Assembly (NCBI RefSeq): GCF_044704955.1
Contig: NC_091982.1
Location: 81,406,001 to 81,470,000, forward strand
Origin: Pristiophorus japonicus
Taxonomy: Eukaryota
DNA length: 64,000 nucleotides
Reading direction: 5' to 3'
Part shown: in pieces, positions 12,506 through 24,860 of the stretch
Position numbering within the stretch: position 1 is the stretch's first letter
How the letters are laid out: each line of letters starts with the position of its first letter
The notes under the pieces: model-generated
Database searches by the model: none
Told to the model about the DNA's origin: nothing
What the model saw: the letters and a program-made list of their open reading frames with translations, nothing else
Made by a program: the position numbers and the translations under genes

Positions 12506-13548
12506 ACGGTTACTGTTTTATTATGTGAACAAAAGATAAAAATAGTAGAAAGTCAGAATTGTAATAATCGTTCCTAATATATTTTCTGTTTAATGTTTAT
12601 ACAATAACATTTATTTTTCTAAAGTTCTTTTTTTAACTTTGTCATTCCCTCTGACTTCCAATGCGGACTGTAAATAATGTTAGGCAACTATTCCATTCTG
12701 TCAGTCAGTTCTTCTATACTTTGCTTTTTGTGAACTAAGCATCCAGCACCTCGGTTTCATTTTCAGACAACATAGCTGCCAAAAATGAGCATGGGAAGCC
12801 TCTAACAACCAAAATCACCCGATATCATAGTTGTCACTAGAGCCATAAAATATATTGGACAATATACTTAACAGTATTGAGGTGCATTTCAAACTACAAC
12901 TACAGGTTAAGAAAAAGGCACCAGAGCTCACCCAAAACGCTCAGCAAGAGTGATACTGCTTTATATAGAAGTAACCCCATAAAGATCTGCAGGTCAGGGG
13001 ATTACTGTGAGGTCAGGGGAATCTAGCAACATATCCTTAATACAGGTAAAACACTGAAAAATAATACAATTGAGAAAAATATTACATGGTTCCCCTGACT
13101 TCACAAATGCTGCATGATAAACATAGTCCATGTTAAAAATGTACATACTTATGCTTCACTGAAATACTGGTAACAATCCTCAATAAACAAGGAGATTGTT
13201 TGGCATACAAAGATTTGCTCTAGTAGAACTTGTGTGCTTTATTTGAAGTATTTGTAGCTAATTATTAAACCACTGCATTTGGACTTAACCAAACTAGGAA
13301 ATGGCAGCAGGGACTGAACTGTACACCAGAAACTTCACAAACGTATAATTTACTGAATTAATTTTCAGATTTGTATTCAATTTGTCAGATTCTAGTACAG
13401 CCCAAGTATTCACATGTAGGCTTTCAAGACCTACTTTAAGTGTGACAGTGTGTGATAGAAGGCAGAACATGCTTTTCATAGCAAAGCAAATCCCTTGCAG
13501 TAGGCAAGAAGCAACAGACTGACCGATGTGGCATGGATTCATACTCAC

Positions 13549-13718
13549 TCTTGAGCTCTTCCTTATTCTTCTCACTAGCAGCATTGTCCACACGCAGCGC
13601 TCTTCCATTAAATTCCCTCCCATTGAGATTGCGCATGGCACTGAGTGCAGTCTCCTGATCCTGGTACTCGCAGAAGCCATATCCTTTGGGTTTACCAGTT
13701 TCTCTGTCGTACACAAGC
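13549..13718 (-). CDS. CSTF2: CSTF2 exon 3 ([56 protein letters not shown]; RNP1)
   Basis: ttgtag acceptor, A|gtgagt donor, 170 nt; KGYGFCEY is the RNP1 motif. Confidence 0.97.
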
Positions 13719-14104
13719 CTACAATGAGAGATGGTAAAATGAACAAATGCCCCACTTGCATTTGCACAGAAATACAAAATGTAAGCTATTACATCAGGGT
13801 TCAACCAGGAAAAGAATAGATAAAGGGAGTGAAGACTGGTCCATTGCATGGGTTTTGAAGAATATCACAAGAGGTCATCAGTGATGTGGCACAAGCCCAA
13901 AGCATCAATAACAAAATGTAACATTTGAAGTGTGCCCTATTATTTTTAATATATTAAATTAGATAGATCAAGCAAGGGTGATTTACACTTTGTGTGACAC
14001 TTTGAAGTATAATAAACCTTTAATTGTATAGATTGAAATATTTGAAAAATCAGTTCCATATGGCTAAAGACAATTGATGAAACATCAAAGGCATTTAAAA
14101 CGGT

Positions 14105-14312
14105 TTGATTTCACTGCCTAAAGATATAGAAGAGGCAGAAACCCTCACCGCATTTAAAAAGTACTTGGATATGCATTTGAAGTATCGTAACGTACAAGGC
14201 TATGGACCAAGAGCTGGAAAGTGGGATTCGGCTGGATAGCTCGTTTTTGATCAACTCTGACACAATGGGCCAAATGGCCTCCATCTGTGCGTAAATTTCT
14301 ATGATTCTATGA
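14105..14312 (+). mobile_element. Short older CR1 3' end
   Basis: GCATTTAAAAAGTACTTGGAT...GGGCCAAATGGCCTCC and (TTCTATGA)n tail. Confidence 0.65.
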
Positions 14313-14324
14313 AATTATCACAAA

Positions 14325-17300
14325 AGCTGCCGTGGTGCATATAAGTAACAACGATATAGGTAAAAAACGGGATGAGGTCCTATGAGACGAATTTAGGGAG
14401 CTAGGAGCTAAATTAAAAAGTAGGACCTCAAACGTAGTAATCTCAGGATTGCTACCAGTGCCACGTGTTAGTCAGAGTAGGAATCGCAGGATAGTTCAGA
14501 TGAAATACGTGGCTTGAGGAGTGGTGCAGAAGGGGGGGGGATTCAAATTCCTGGGACATTGGAACCGGTTCTGGGGGTGATGGGACCAGTACAAACCGGA
14601 CGGTCTGCACCTGGGCAGGACCAGAACCAATGTCCTAGGGGGAGTGTTTGCTAGTGCTGTTGGGGAGGGGTTAAACTAATATGGCAGGGGGATGGGAACC
14701 TATGCAGGGAGACAGAGGGAAGTAGAATGGGGGCAGAAGCAAAAGATAGAAAGAAGAAAAGTAAAAGTGGAGGGCAGAGAAACCCAAGGCAAAAAGCAAA
14801 AAGGACCACATTACAGCAAAATTCTAAAGGGGCAAAGTGTGTTAGAAAGACAAGTCTGAAGGCTCTGTGCCTCAATGCGAGGAGTATTCGGAATTAGGTG
14901 GACGAATTATCTGCCCAGATAGCAGTTAACGGTTATGATGTAATTGGCATCATGGAGACATGACTCCAAGGTGACCAAGGCTGGGAACTCAACATCCAGG
15001 GGTATTCAACATTTAGGAAGGATAGACAGAAAGGAAAAGGAGGTGGGGTGGCATTGCTGGTTAAAGAGGAAATTAATGCAATAATAAGGAAGGACATTAG
15101 CTTGGATGATGTGGAATCGGTATGGGTGGAGCTACGGAGTACCAAGGGGCAGAAAACGCCAGTGGGAGTTACGTACAGACCACCAAACAGTGATAGTGAG
15201 GTTGGGGACAGCATCAAACTAGAAATAAGGGATGCGTGCAATAAAGGTACAGCAGTTATCATGGGTGACTTTAATCTACATATTGATTGGGCTAACCAAA
15301 CTGGTAGCAATGCGGTGGAGGAGGATTTCCTGGAGTGTATTAGGGATGGTTTTCTCGCCCAATATGTCGAGGAACCAACTAGAGAGCTGGCCATCCTAGA
15401 CTGGGTGATGTGTAATGAGAAAGGACTAATTAGCAATCTTGTTGTGCGAGGCCCCTTGGGGAAGAGTGACCATAATATGGTAGAATTCTTTATTAAGATG
15501 GAAAGTGACACAGTTAATTCAGAAACTAGGGTCCTGAACTTAAGGAAATGTAACTTCGATGGTATGAGGTGTGAATTGGCTAGAATTGAATGGCAAATGA
15601 TACTTAAAGGGCTGACGGTGGATAGGCAATGGCAAACATTTAAAGATCACATGGATGAACTTCAACAATTGTACATCCCTGTCTGGTGTAAAAATAAAAC
15701 GGGGAAGGTGGCTCAACCGTGGCTAACAAGGGAAATTAAGGATAGTGTTAAATCCAAGGAAGACGCATATAAATTGGCCAGAAAAAGCAGCAAACCTGAG
15801 GACTGGGAGAAATTTAGAATTCGGCAGAGGAGGACAAAGGGATTAATTGAGAGGTGGAAAATAGAGTAAGAGAGGAAGCTTGCTGGGAACATAAAAACTG
15901 ACTGCAAAAGCTTCTATAGATATGCGAAGAGAAAAAGATTAGTGAAGACAAACATAAGTCCCTTGCAGTCGGATTCAGGTGAATTTAGAGTGGGGAACAA
16001 AGAAATGGCAGACCAATTGAACAAGTACTTCGGTTGTGTCTTCACGAAGGAAGACACAAATAACCTTTCGGAAGTACTAGAGGACCGAGGGTCTAGTGAG
16101 GAGGAGGAACTAAAGGATATCCTTATTAGGCGGGAAATTGTATGAGGAAAATTGATGGGATTGAAGGCCGATAAATCCCTGGTACCTGATAGTCTGCATC
16201 CTAGAGTACTTAAGGAAGTGGCCCTAGAAATAGTGGATGCATTGGTGATCATTTTCCAACAGTCTATCGACTCGGGATCAGTTCCTATGGACTGGAGGGT
16301 AGCTAATGTAATGCCACTTTTTAAAAAGGGAGGGAGAGAGAAAGCGTGTAATTATAGACCAGTTAGCCTGACATCAGTAGTGGGGAAAATGTTGGAATCA
16401 ATTGTTAAGGATGAAATAGCAGCGCATTTGGAAAGCAGTGACAGGATCGGTTGGATTTATGAAAGGGAAATCATACTTGACAAATCTTCTGGAATTTTTT
16501 GAGGATGTAACTTGTAGAGTGAACAAGGGAGAACCAGTGGATGTGGTGTATTTGGACTTTCAAAAGGCTTTTGACAAGGTCGCACACACGAGATTTGTGT
16601 GCATAATTAAAGCACATGGTAGTGGGGAGAATGTACTGACGTGGATAGAGAACTGGTTGGCAGACAGGAAGCAGAGAGTGGGGATAAACGGGTCCTTTTC
16701 AGAATAGCAGGCAGTGATTAGTGGAGTGCCGCAGGGCTCAGTGCTGGGACCCAAGCTCTTTACAATATACATTAACAATTTAGATGAAGGAATTGAGTGT
16801 AATATCTCCAAGCTTGCAGATGACACTAAACTGGGTGGCGGTGTGAACGGTGAGGAGGTCACTAAGAGGCTGCAGGGTGACTTAGACAGGTTAGGTGAGT
16901 GGGCAAATGCATGGCAGATGCAGTATAATGTGGATAAATGTGAGGTTATCCACTTTGGGGGCAAAAACACGAAGGCAGAATAGTATCTGAATGGCGGCAG
17001 ATTAGGAAAAGGGATGGTGCAACGAGACCTGGATGTCATGGTTCATCATTCATTGAAAGTTGGCATGTAGTTACAGCAGGCGGTGAAGAAGGCAAATGGT
17101 TTGTTGGCCTTCATAGCTCGGGGATTTGAGTATAGGAGCAGGGAGGTCTTAACTGCAGTTGTACAGGGCCTTGGTGAGGCCTCACCTGGAATATTGTGTT
17201 CAGTTTTGGTCTCCTAATCTGAGGAAGGATGTTCTTGCTCTTGAGAGAGTGCAGCGAAGGTTCACCAGACTGATTCCCCGGATGGCAGGACTGACATATG

Positions 17301-17732
17301 AGAGAGTGGATCAACTGGGCCTTTATACATTAGAAGGATGAGAGAAGATCGCATAGAAACATATAAGATTCTGACGGGACTGGACAAGTTAGATGCGGGA
17401 AGAATGTTCCCGATGTTGGGTAAATGTCCAGAACCAGGGGACACAGTCTTAGGATAAGGGCTAGGCCATTTAGGACTGAGATGAGGAGAAACTTATTCAC
17501 TCAGAGAGTTGTTAACCTGTGGAATTCCCTGCCGCAGAGAGTTGTTGATGCCAGCTCATTGGCTATATTCAAGAGGTAGTTAGATATGGCCGTTACGGCT
17601 AGGGGGATCAAGGGGTATGGAGAGAAAGCAGGAAAAGGGTACTGATGGAATGATCAGCCATGATCTTATTTAATGGTGGTGCAGGCTCGAAGGGCCGAAT
17701 GGCCTACTCCTGCACCTATTTTCTATGTTTCT
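14325..17732 (+). mobile_element. CR1 LINE with the ORF1 SGNH-esterase end and a disrupted ORF2
   Basis: VVHISNNDIG...VVISGLLPVP...DGLHL (ORF1 esterase), then endonuclease ORF 15048-15869 and RT fragments, then the 3' tail. Confidence 0.93.
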
Positions 17733-17734
17733 AA

Positions 17735-18312
17735 CTGTTCGCTAATGTCCTTAAGGAAGGGAATCTGCCATCCCAACCTGGTCTAACCTACATAGTCAAC
17801 CATGTTGTTTGGGACTGGACCTATGTCCTCTGAAGCAGACTTGGCAGTGGCACCTGCATCTTGAGAAGGGTATGGTGATGTAGTGGTTATGTTACTGAAC
17901 TAGTAATCTAGTAAACTTGGGACTAATAATCCAGAGAATACGAGTTCAAATTGCACCATGGTAGTTTGAGAATTTGAATTCAGTTTTAAAAATCTCTAAA
18001 TAAAAAGCTTGTGCCAGTAAAAGTGACCATGAAGTTGTCAATTGTTGTAAAAATGCAACTAGTTCACAAATATCCTTTAAGAAAGAAATCTGCCGTAATT
18101 ACCAAGTTTGGCCTATATGTGGCTCCAGTCCCACACCAATGTGATTGACTCTTTACTGCCTTCTGAAGTGACCTAGCAAGCCATTCAGTTGCATCAAACT
18201 GCAACAATGAACTGCAGAGGTTAAACACAAAGCACCTTCTCAAGGTAAATAGGGATCGGCAATAAATGCCAGCCTTACCAGCGATGCTCACATGCCAAGA
18301 ATTATTTTTTTA
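17735..18312 (+). mobile_element. tRNA-derived SINE(s), HE1-like
   Basis: A/B-box-like head (GGTGATGTAGTGG...GAGTTCAAAT) at about 17873-17952 and tail GGCAATAAATGCCAGCCTT...CACAT; a second partial copy at 17735-17865. Confidence 0.65.
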
Positions 18313-18714
18313 AACTTTGAAGTAAACCACTTTGACATAATCCATCAATGCTTGCGTGGATGATGGCACTCCAAAATGCTTTACTCTTGATCATGTATTT
18401 TCTCCTCATCAAAAAAGGTGCTATAACCCCCAGACAAAATAAAGAGAGAGAGCATCTTCTGGTGACTGCTGAAAATTGACAAAGGTCCAGGGATCGATAA
18501 GGAAAATAGGATGATCATTCTCTCAACCACTGTGGCAAGGTCTGGCAGATTGGGAGAGGGTAGGAATGAAACTGGGTACTGAAACCCTAGAATATCATAT
18601 GATCATTTCAATCAATATTTTATGATTTTGAACATTTTTCTGATGGTTCAGTCAGATTCAATCAGGGATTTTAACAGCTCTCTGAGCAGACATATTTTCT
18701 TAAAGACTGGTAAT

Positions 18715-19122
18715 GATATAGCACTTTTCATGTCTTTGGAATGTCTCAAGGCACTAGACAGAAATCCTTTTGAAGTAGTCACTTGTTTAGGTAAACTGGC
18801 AACCAATTTGCACACAGCAAGATCCCATCAACATCAAATGAGATGAATGACCAGTCCGTATGCTTTAGGAAATGTTGATTGAAAAATAAATGTTGGCCAG
18901 ACAGTGGGAGAATTCCCCTGCTGTTTCAAGACAGCCTATGGGATCTTTTATATCCATCTAAACAGGCAGACAGGATCTTGTTTAATGTCTCACCTGAAAG
19001 ATGCAGCACTCCCTCAGTACTACATTGAACAGTCAGCCTAGGTTATGTGCTCTATTCCGTAGTGGGTCGAGAACCCATAACCTTCTGACGCATAGGTGAG
19101 AGTCCTACCACTGAGCCAAGGT
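18715..19122 (-). mobile_element. Deu-domain tRNA SINE (SacSINE1/AmnSINE1-like)
   Basis: Reverse complement gives a tRNA head, a central domain (CTGGCCAACATTTAT, TGGGATCTTGCTGTGTGCAAATTGG) and a GTGCTATAT tail. Confidence 0.75.
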
Positions 19123-20177
19123 GATAATTAACATATCTTTCTCTCAAGTATTACACATTTTGTGATGCATTTCATATTTCCCTAGTAGCCTAAGCTTATT
19201 GAACATTATGTTCAAAATGAATCCCTCAAACCACATTTTTATAATGAAATCATCAGTTTATTTATAAACAATAAACAGTATGTGTTTGCTATTTCTTTCA
19301 TTCAGTTACTTAGCAATAAGCAGAAATAGAGCTTTAACCCACATTTAACTTCACAAATAATTTTGTCACTGCACATCTTGGTCATATGTTACACACTGCA
19401 CTCCACTTTGGAAAGTTTAAGAGTTTGAGAGATATGTTAACTAAAGTATTCTTATCTTGGGAGTTACGAATTTTTAATGCAGTTGAGGTGCATCGGTTGC
19501 ATTCTCCTAATAAAAAAATTCCATTAGTCAGCCCACTCAGGACAGTTTAAGGCCTTTTCTTTCAAACCAGATTTAAATATCTTGTAAATATAAACAGCTC
19601 AAACTTCATTGTTTTTTTCCTGAGTCTCCGAATAAATGCTACAAATGTGAAGATGGAATCGATATACCAATCTGAATTGCAGAACTCCAGCTTCCACCAG
19701 GTCTCTATTAGGAGCAATGACACCAGCCAAAATAAATATGTAAAGGATCCCATGACATTATATGATAGCGGCAGTAGACAGAAAAGATTTTTGATTGAAA
19801 AATACTTGCAACCAAAGGCAGCAAAGCATACTGTGATACCAACATTTTGTATCCCAAAATATTCATGCCCACAATCCCCAATATAAGTGTTCAGAGCTCC
19901 ATTTTGTTGTAAGAAAACAGAGAGAATAAGTCAGGTGCTTTCACACAAAAGGTTTGTTCTATTCCAGACTGGTCTCACTGTCTGCTGCAGCACTGGAAGA
20001 GAACTGGGAGCCTGCTCCATCTGTATCAATTGATCTGTAGCTTGATGAATTTTGGAATTAAAAGTAACTTTTATCGGGGATGGGTAAAGTGATCTTAACA
20101 ACAAAAGCTCCTACGGAAAAAGGAATTCTGACAACAAGACTCTTTTTGGGGGATCTTACACCTTCCTAAAGTATTGG

Positions 20178-22743
20178 ATAGAAACATAGCAAATAGGTGC
20201 AGGAGTAGGCCATTCGGCCCTTCGAGCCTGCACCACCATTCGATAAGATCATGGCTGATCATTCCCTTAGTACGCCTTTCCTGCTTTCTCTCCATACCCC
20301 TTGATCCCTTTAGCCGTAAGGGCCATATCCAACTCCCTCTTGAATATATCCAATGAACTGGCATCAACAACTCTCTGCGGCAGGGAATTCCACAGGTTAA
20401 AACTCTCTGAGTGAAGAAGTTTCTCCTCATCTCAGTCCTAAATGGCCTAGCCCTTATTCTAAGACTGTGTCCCCTGGTTCTGGACTTCCCCAACATCGGG
20501 AACAATCTACCCGCATTTAACTTGTCCCGGCCCATCAGAATCTTGTATGTTTCTATGAGATCCACTGTCATCCTTCTAAACTCCCAATATATAAAGGCCC
20601 AGTTGATCTAGTCTCTCCTCATATGTCAGTCCGGCCATTCCGGGAATCAGTCTGGTGAACCTTCGCTGCACTCCCTCAATAGCAAGAACGTCCTTCCTCT
20701 GATTAGGAGACCAAAATTAAACACATTATTCCAGGTGAGGCCTCACCAAGGCCCTGTACAACTGCAGTTAAGACCTCCCTGCTCCTATACTCAAATCCCC
20801 TAGCTATGAAGGCCAACATACCATTTTGCCTTCTTTACCACCTGCTGCACCTGTATGCCAACTTTCAATGACTGATGAACCATGACACCCAGGTCTTGTT
20901 GCACCTCCCCTTTTCCTAATCTGCTGCCATTCAGATAATATTCTGTCTTCGCGTTTTTGCCCCCAAAGTGGATAATCTCACATTTATCCACATTATACTG
21001 CATCTGCCATGCATTTGCCCACTCACCTAACCTGTCTAAGTCACCCTGCAGCCTCTTAGCGTCCCCCTCACAGCTCACACCGCCACCCAGTTTAGTGTCA
21101 TCTGCAAACTTGGAGATATTACACTCAATTTATTCATCAAAATCATTGATGTATATTGTAAAGAGCTGGGGTCCCAGCACTGAGCCCTGCGGCACTCCAC
21201 TAGTCACTGCCTGCCATTCTGAAAAGGACCCTTTTATCCCGACTCTCTGCTTCCTGTCTGCCAACCAGTTGTCTATCCACGTCAGTATATTACCCCCAAT
21301 ACCATGTGCTTTGATTTTGCACACCAATCTCGTGTGTGGGACCTTGTCAAAAGCCTTTTGAAAGTCCAAATACACCACATCCACTGGTTCTCCCTTGTCC
21401 ACTCGACTAGTTACATCCCCAAAAATTTCCAGAAGAATTGTCAAGCATGATTTCCCCTTCATAAATCCATGCTGACTTGGACTGATCCCGTCACTGCTTT
21501 TCAAATGCGCTGTTATTTCATCCTTAATAATTGATTCCAACATTTTCCCCACCACTGATGTCAGGCTAACCAGTCTATAATTATCCACTTTCTCTCTTCC
21601 TCCCTTTTTAAAAAGTGGTGTTACATTAGCTACCCTCCAGTCCATAGGAACTGATCCCGAGTCGATAGACTGTTGGAAAATGATCACCGATACATCCACT
21701 ATTTCTAGAGCCACTTCCTTAAGTACTCTGGGATGCAGACTATCAGGCCCCGGGGATTTATCGGCCTTCAATCCCATCAATTTCCCTAACACAATTTCCC
21801 GCCTAATAAGGATATCCTTCAGTTCCTGCTTCTCACTAGACTCCCGGTCCCTTAGTACTTTCAGAAGGTTATTTGTGAAAACAGAACCAAAGTATTTGTT
21901 CAATTGGTCTGCCATTTCTTTGTTCCCCATTATAAATTCACCTGAATCCGACTGCAAGGGACCTACGTTTGTCTTCACTAATCTTTTTCTCTTCAGATAT
22001 CTATGGAAGCTTTTGCAGTCAGTTTTTATGTTCCCGACAAACTTTTTCTCATACTCTATTTTCTCCCTCTTAATTAAACCCTTTGTCCTCCTCTGCCGAA
22101 TTCTAAATTTCTAAGTCCTCAGGTTTGCTGCTTTTTCTGGCCAATTTATATGCGTCTTCCTTGGATTTAACACTATCCTTAATTTTCCTTGTTAGCCACG
22201 GTTGAGCCACCTTCCCCGTTTTATTTTTACTCCAGACAGAGATGTACAATTGCTGAAGTTCATCCATGTGATCTTTAAATGTTTGCCATTGCCTATCCAC
22301 CGTCAACCCTTTAAGTATCACTTGCCTGTCTACTCTAGCCAATTCACACCTCAAACCATTGAAGTTACCTTTCTTAAGTTCAGGACCCTAGTTTCTGAAT
22401 TAACTGTGTCACTCTCCATCTTAATAAAGAATTCTACCATGTTATGGTCACTCTTCCCCAAGAGGTCTCGCATAACAAGATTGCTAATTTGTCCTTTCTC
22501 ATTACACATCACCCAGTCTAGGATAGCCAGCTCCCTGGTTGGTTCATCGACATATTGGTCTAGAGAACCATCCCTAATAAACTCCAGGAAATCCTCCTCC
22601 ACCACATTGCTACCAATTTGGTTAGCCCAATTAATATGTAGTTTAAAGTCACCCATGATAACTGCTGTACCTTTATTGCATGCATCCCTTATTTCTTGTT
22701 TGATGCTGTCCCCAACCTTACTACTACTATTTGGTGGTCTGTA
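20178..22743 (-). mobile_element. CR1 LINE, 5'-truncated, same subfamily as the 9.6, 14.3 and 47 kb copies
   Basis: Endonuclease and RT fragments (ORF 21130-21978), 3' tail at 20178. Confidence 0.93.
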
Positions 22744-22800
22744 CAAAAGTGTGCTGTGAAAGATGTGATTGAACTGTACATTGTCACACAAGGAAGATAC

Positions 22801-22879
22801 CTGAAACTCAACACAGGACCAACTTCAGAGAAAATATCCTTCAACTGTTCTTCTGTAGCTTCATATGGAATATTCCCAA
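22801..22879 (-). CDS. CSTF2: CSTF2 exon 2 ([27 protein letters not shown]; RRM RNP2 region)
   Basis: ttgcag acceptor, AG|gtatct donor, 79 nt, phase consistent with exons 1 and 3. Confidence 0.96.
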
Positions 22880-23479
22880 CTGCAAATGAGAAAAGGCATA
22901 ATAGAGGAATAACTTCATATCAATTTAGGAATCATTATTCATTTTTAATTTTCAATTCCTTAGTTTTTATTTGAGTTTTGTGCTTTGCAGAAATACTAAA
23001 TTTCTTCAACCAATGTTTGCACTGTAACTAAAGCAAATACTGGAAAAACATGAGGCAGCAGAAATATTTTTCATGGCCAGCCAGTTCCAAAAACCTTATT
23101 AGGTTGATTTCCAAAACAGTAGGGCATGGATGATGGATTTGTGTGCAATTTCTGCTAAATCCAACATACATTTTCCATATTAAAGAGGATCTTAGCTCCC
23201 TTGATGAGTCAAATGTGAAGGCTACCGTTTTGGACAGGGCAGTGGTAGGAATGATAAATGGCCTCAGTATTTCGGTGATAGCCTGACTTATCTGGCAACC
23301 TGTGCAGGAGGTGTACGTATACGATTGGAGGCAAAGGTTGAAGGTAAAAAGGAGGTCTGAGACATTTGTCCATTCATTCTTCAAACGTACTTGCAAAGGG
23401 TCTGCATTAATCTCTGCAGATGTTAGTGGACCTGCTGCACATTTACAGCATTTGTAGTTCTTTGTTTTTAAACCACCAA

Positions 23480-24130
23480 CAGCATCCGGATCCACATGGA
23501 CTGTGTTGGGGGACGGGGCGGGTGCGATACATTTATCAGGTTCCATTTCGAGCCGTATCGTGCCCCTGTGTTTCTTTATCCCGCCCCACCGCCACGTCCA
23601 CAATGAAGATGGTTTGCAGCCAGTCTCCCTCCACTTGCCCTCAAGCCCGCCGCGCTCTCGCTGACCCTCCTCCTACAATCGAATCCATGAGCCGCCCCGA
23701 ACCTGCAACCACCGCCGGGCCGGGCCAACAATCCCACATTTGACTGGTTTCCCCAGCGCCTATTAGAATCGACCTCCGCCCGGGCCCTTACCGAACACGG
23801 AGCGCAGCGAGCGGTCTATTGCCGGGTCCCGCACCAAGCTCGCCATAGCTACCGCTCTCCGCGCCGCTTCCGGCACCAAACGGAAGCCACCCCGATAATC
23901 ACTCCGCCTGTGCCCGAGCTCAGGGTTCCGGCCGGCACTAGGTCACATCTCGGATCGGTTATAGTTTTATGTTTTAAAAAAAATCGCTTCAAGGCAAACA
24001 AAAGTGGCGGGAATGTGGCCCAGGTGCGAAGATACACGGTGCTGAGCAGGTTGGAGCTTTTCCAGTATTGCGCTGGGGGAGAGGAATCCTTCTCCGAGCA
24101 AAGAGGGCCTGGGAATGAGGGGAGAGAATG
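23480..24130. promoter_or_regulatory. CpG-rich bidirectional promoter shared by CSTF2 (-) and TRMT12 (+)
   Basis: Local GC/CpG enrichment in AT-rich surroundings, GC boxes, and inverted ETS-type motifs CTTCCGG (23867-23873) and CGGAAG (23881-23886). It lies between the divergent start codons. Confidence 0.8.
23792..23846 (-). CDS. CSTF2: CSTF2 coding exon 1 (MASLVRDPAIDRSLRSVF)
   Basis: ATG at 23846, donor G|GTAAGG at 23791; DPAxDRSLRSVF is the CstF-64 N-terminus. Confidence 0.95.
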
Positions 24131-24255
24131 GACAACAGATTGCACAGGCCTGTAATGGAATGTTAGACACCCAAGGAATAAACTTTATATCTCACTGCCC
24201 CTATTGTATATTTGCTCACCTAGATTGTCATAGGTAAGCAGACTATGTTTTGCGG

Positions 24256-24345
24256 AATAAAAACAGAAAATGCTGGAAATCCAGTATTCAGCATTTTCTG
24301 TTTTTAGTTCAGATGCCAGCATCCGCAGTATTTTGCTTTTGTATT
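24256..24345. mobile_element. Very short fold-back Penelope-like element
   Basis: AAAAACAGAAAATGCTG / CAGCATTTTCTGTTTTT inverted arms; near-duplicated flanks TATGTTTTG(C/T)G(G/T)AA. Confidence 0.6.
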
Positions 24346-24494
24346 TATGTTTTGTGTAAGATTAGTTTGACGGCTCTCCTGAAGATAGTACCATGCTGGG
24401 ATTATAGCAGTTTTTTTAATGCTACTCCTAGACATTTAATTGTCACCACCCTCGCCTGACATCCACAGATATGTATTTTTAAATCATCAACAAA

Positions 24495-24678
24495 GGAAGA
24501 ATTTGAATTTATATAGCACCTTTCTTGCCCCAGGATGTCCCAAAGCACTTAACAGCCAATTAATTACTTTTGAAGATAGATCACAGCGAGATCCTGCAAG
24601 CAGCAATGACCAGATAATCTGTTTCAGTGTGGGTTGGGAGATAAATTGTTGAACAGGACATTGGGAGAACTGCCTTGT
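24495..24678 (-). mobile_element. Deu-type SINE 3' fragment
   Basis: TTTATATAGCACCTTTC...GGATGTCCCAAAGCAC...CAGCAATGACCAGATAATCTG. Confidence 0.65.
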
Positions 24679-24761
24679 TTGTAATTAGGAACAGGCATAC
24701 TGGCTGATTTTATTTTCCCCTCCCACACCTGAGCCTGTTCACTTAAGAACTTTGTCTCTTT

Positions 24762-24860
24762 CTGAAATATAAACAGAAAATGCTGGTAATACTCAGGCAG
24801 CATCTGTGGAGAGAGAAACTGAGTTAACGTTTCAGGTCGATGACCCTTCGTCAGAACTTT
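24762..24860 (-). mobile_element. Short Penelope-like element fragment containing a hammerhead core
   Basis: Same family as the 9.2 and 60.1 kb copies, in reverse orientation. Confidence 0.65.
24822..24858 (-). ncRNA. Putative minimal type I hammerhead ribozyme
   Basis: Minus strand reads AGTT-CTGACGA-AGGGTC-ATC-GACCT-GAAA-CG-TT-AACT: both conserved core boxes, stem II, palindromic stem III and a 4-bp stem I. Confidence 0.6.

Larger units (their letters stand above)
1358..23846 (-). other. CSTF2: CSTF2 gene span (cleavage stimulation factor 64 kDa subunit), coding exons 1-6; the 3' part lies beyond the left window edge
   Basis: Six GT-AG exons (55+79+170+137+120+117 nt) splice in frame to [81 protein letters not shown]..., the CstF-64 RRM plus hinge domain. 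Confidence 0.97.

Noticed and set aside
17870-19122. tRNA genes
   Set aside because: The A/B-box-like segments are SINE heads and do not form a full cloverleaf.
9590-22743. Active, intact CR1 or a domesticated reverse transcriptase gene
   Set aside because: Every copy has multiple stops or frameshifts and a 5' truncation.
23028-23743. 191-aa and 107-aa ORFs in CSTF2 intron 1
   Set aside because: No recognisable protein features; they overlap the GC-rich promoter flank where chance ORFs are common.
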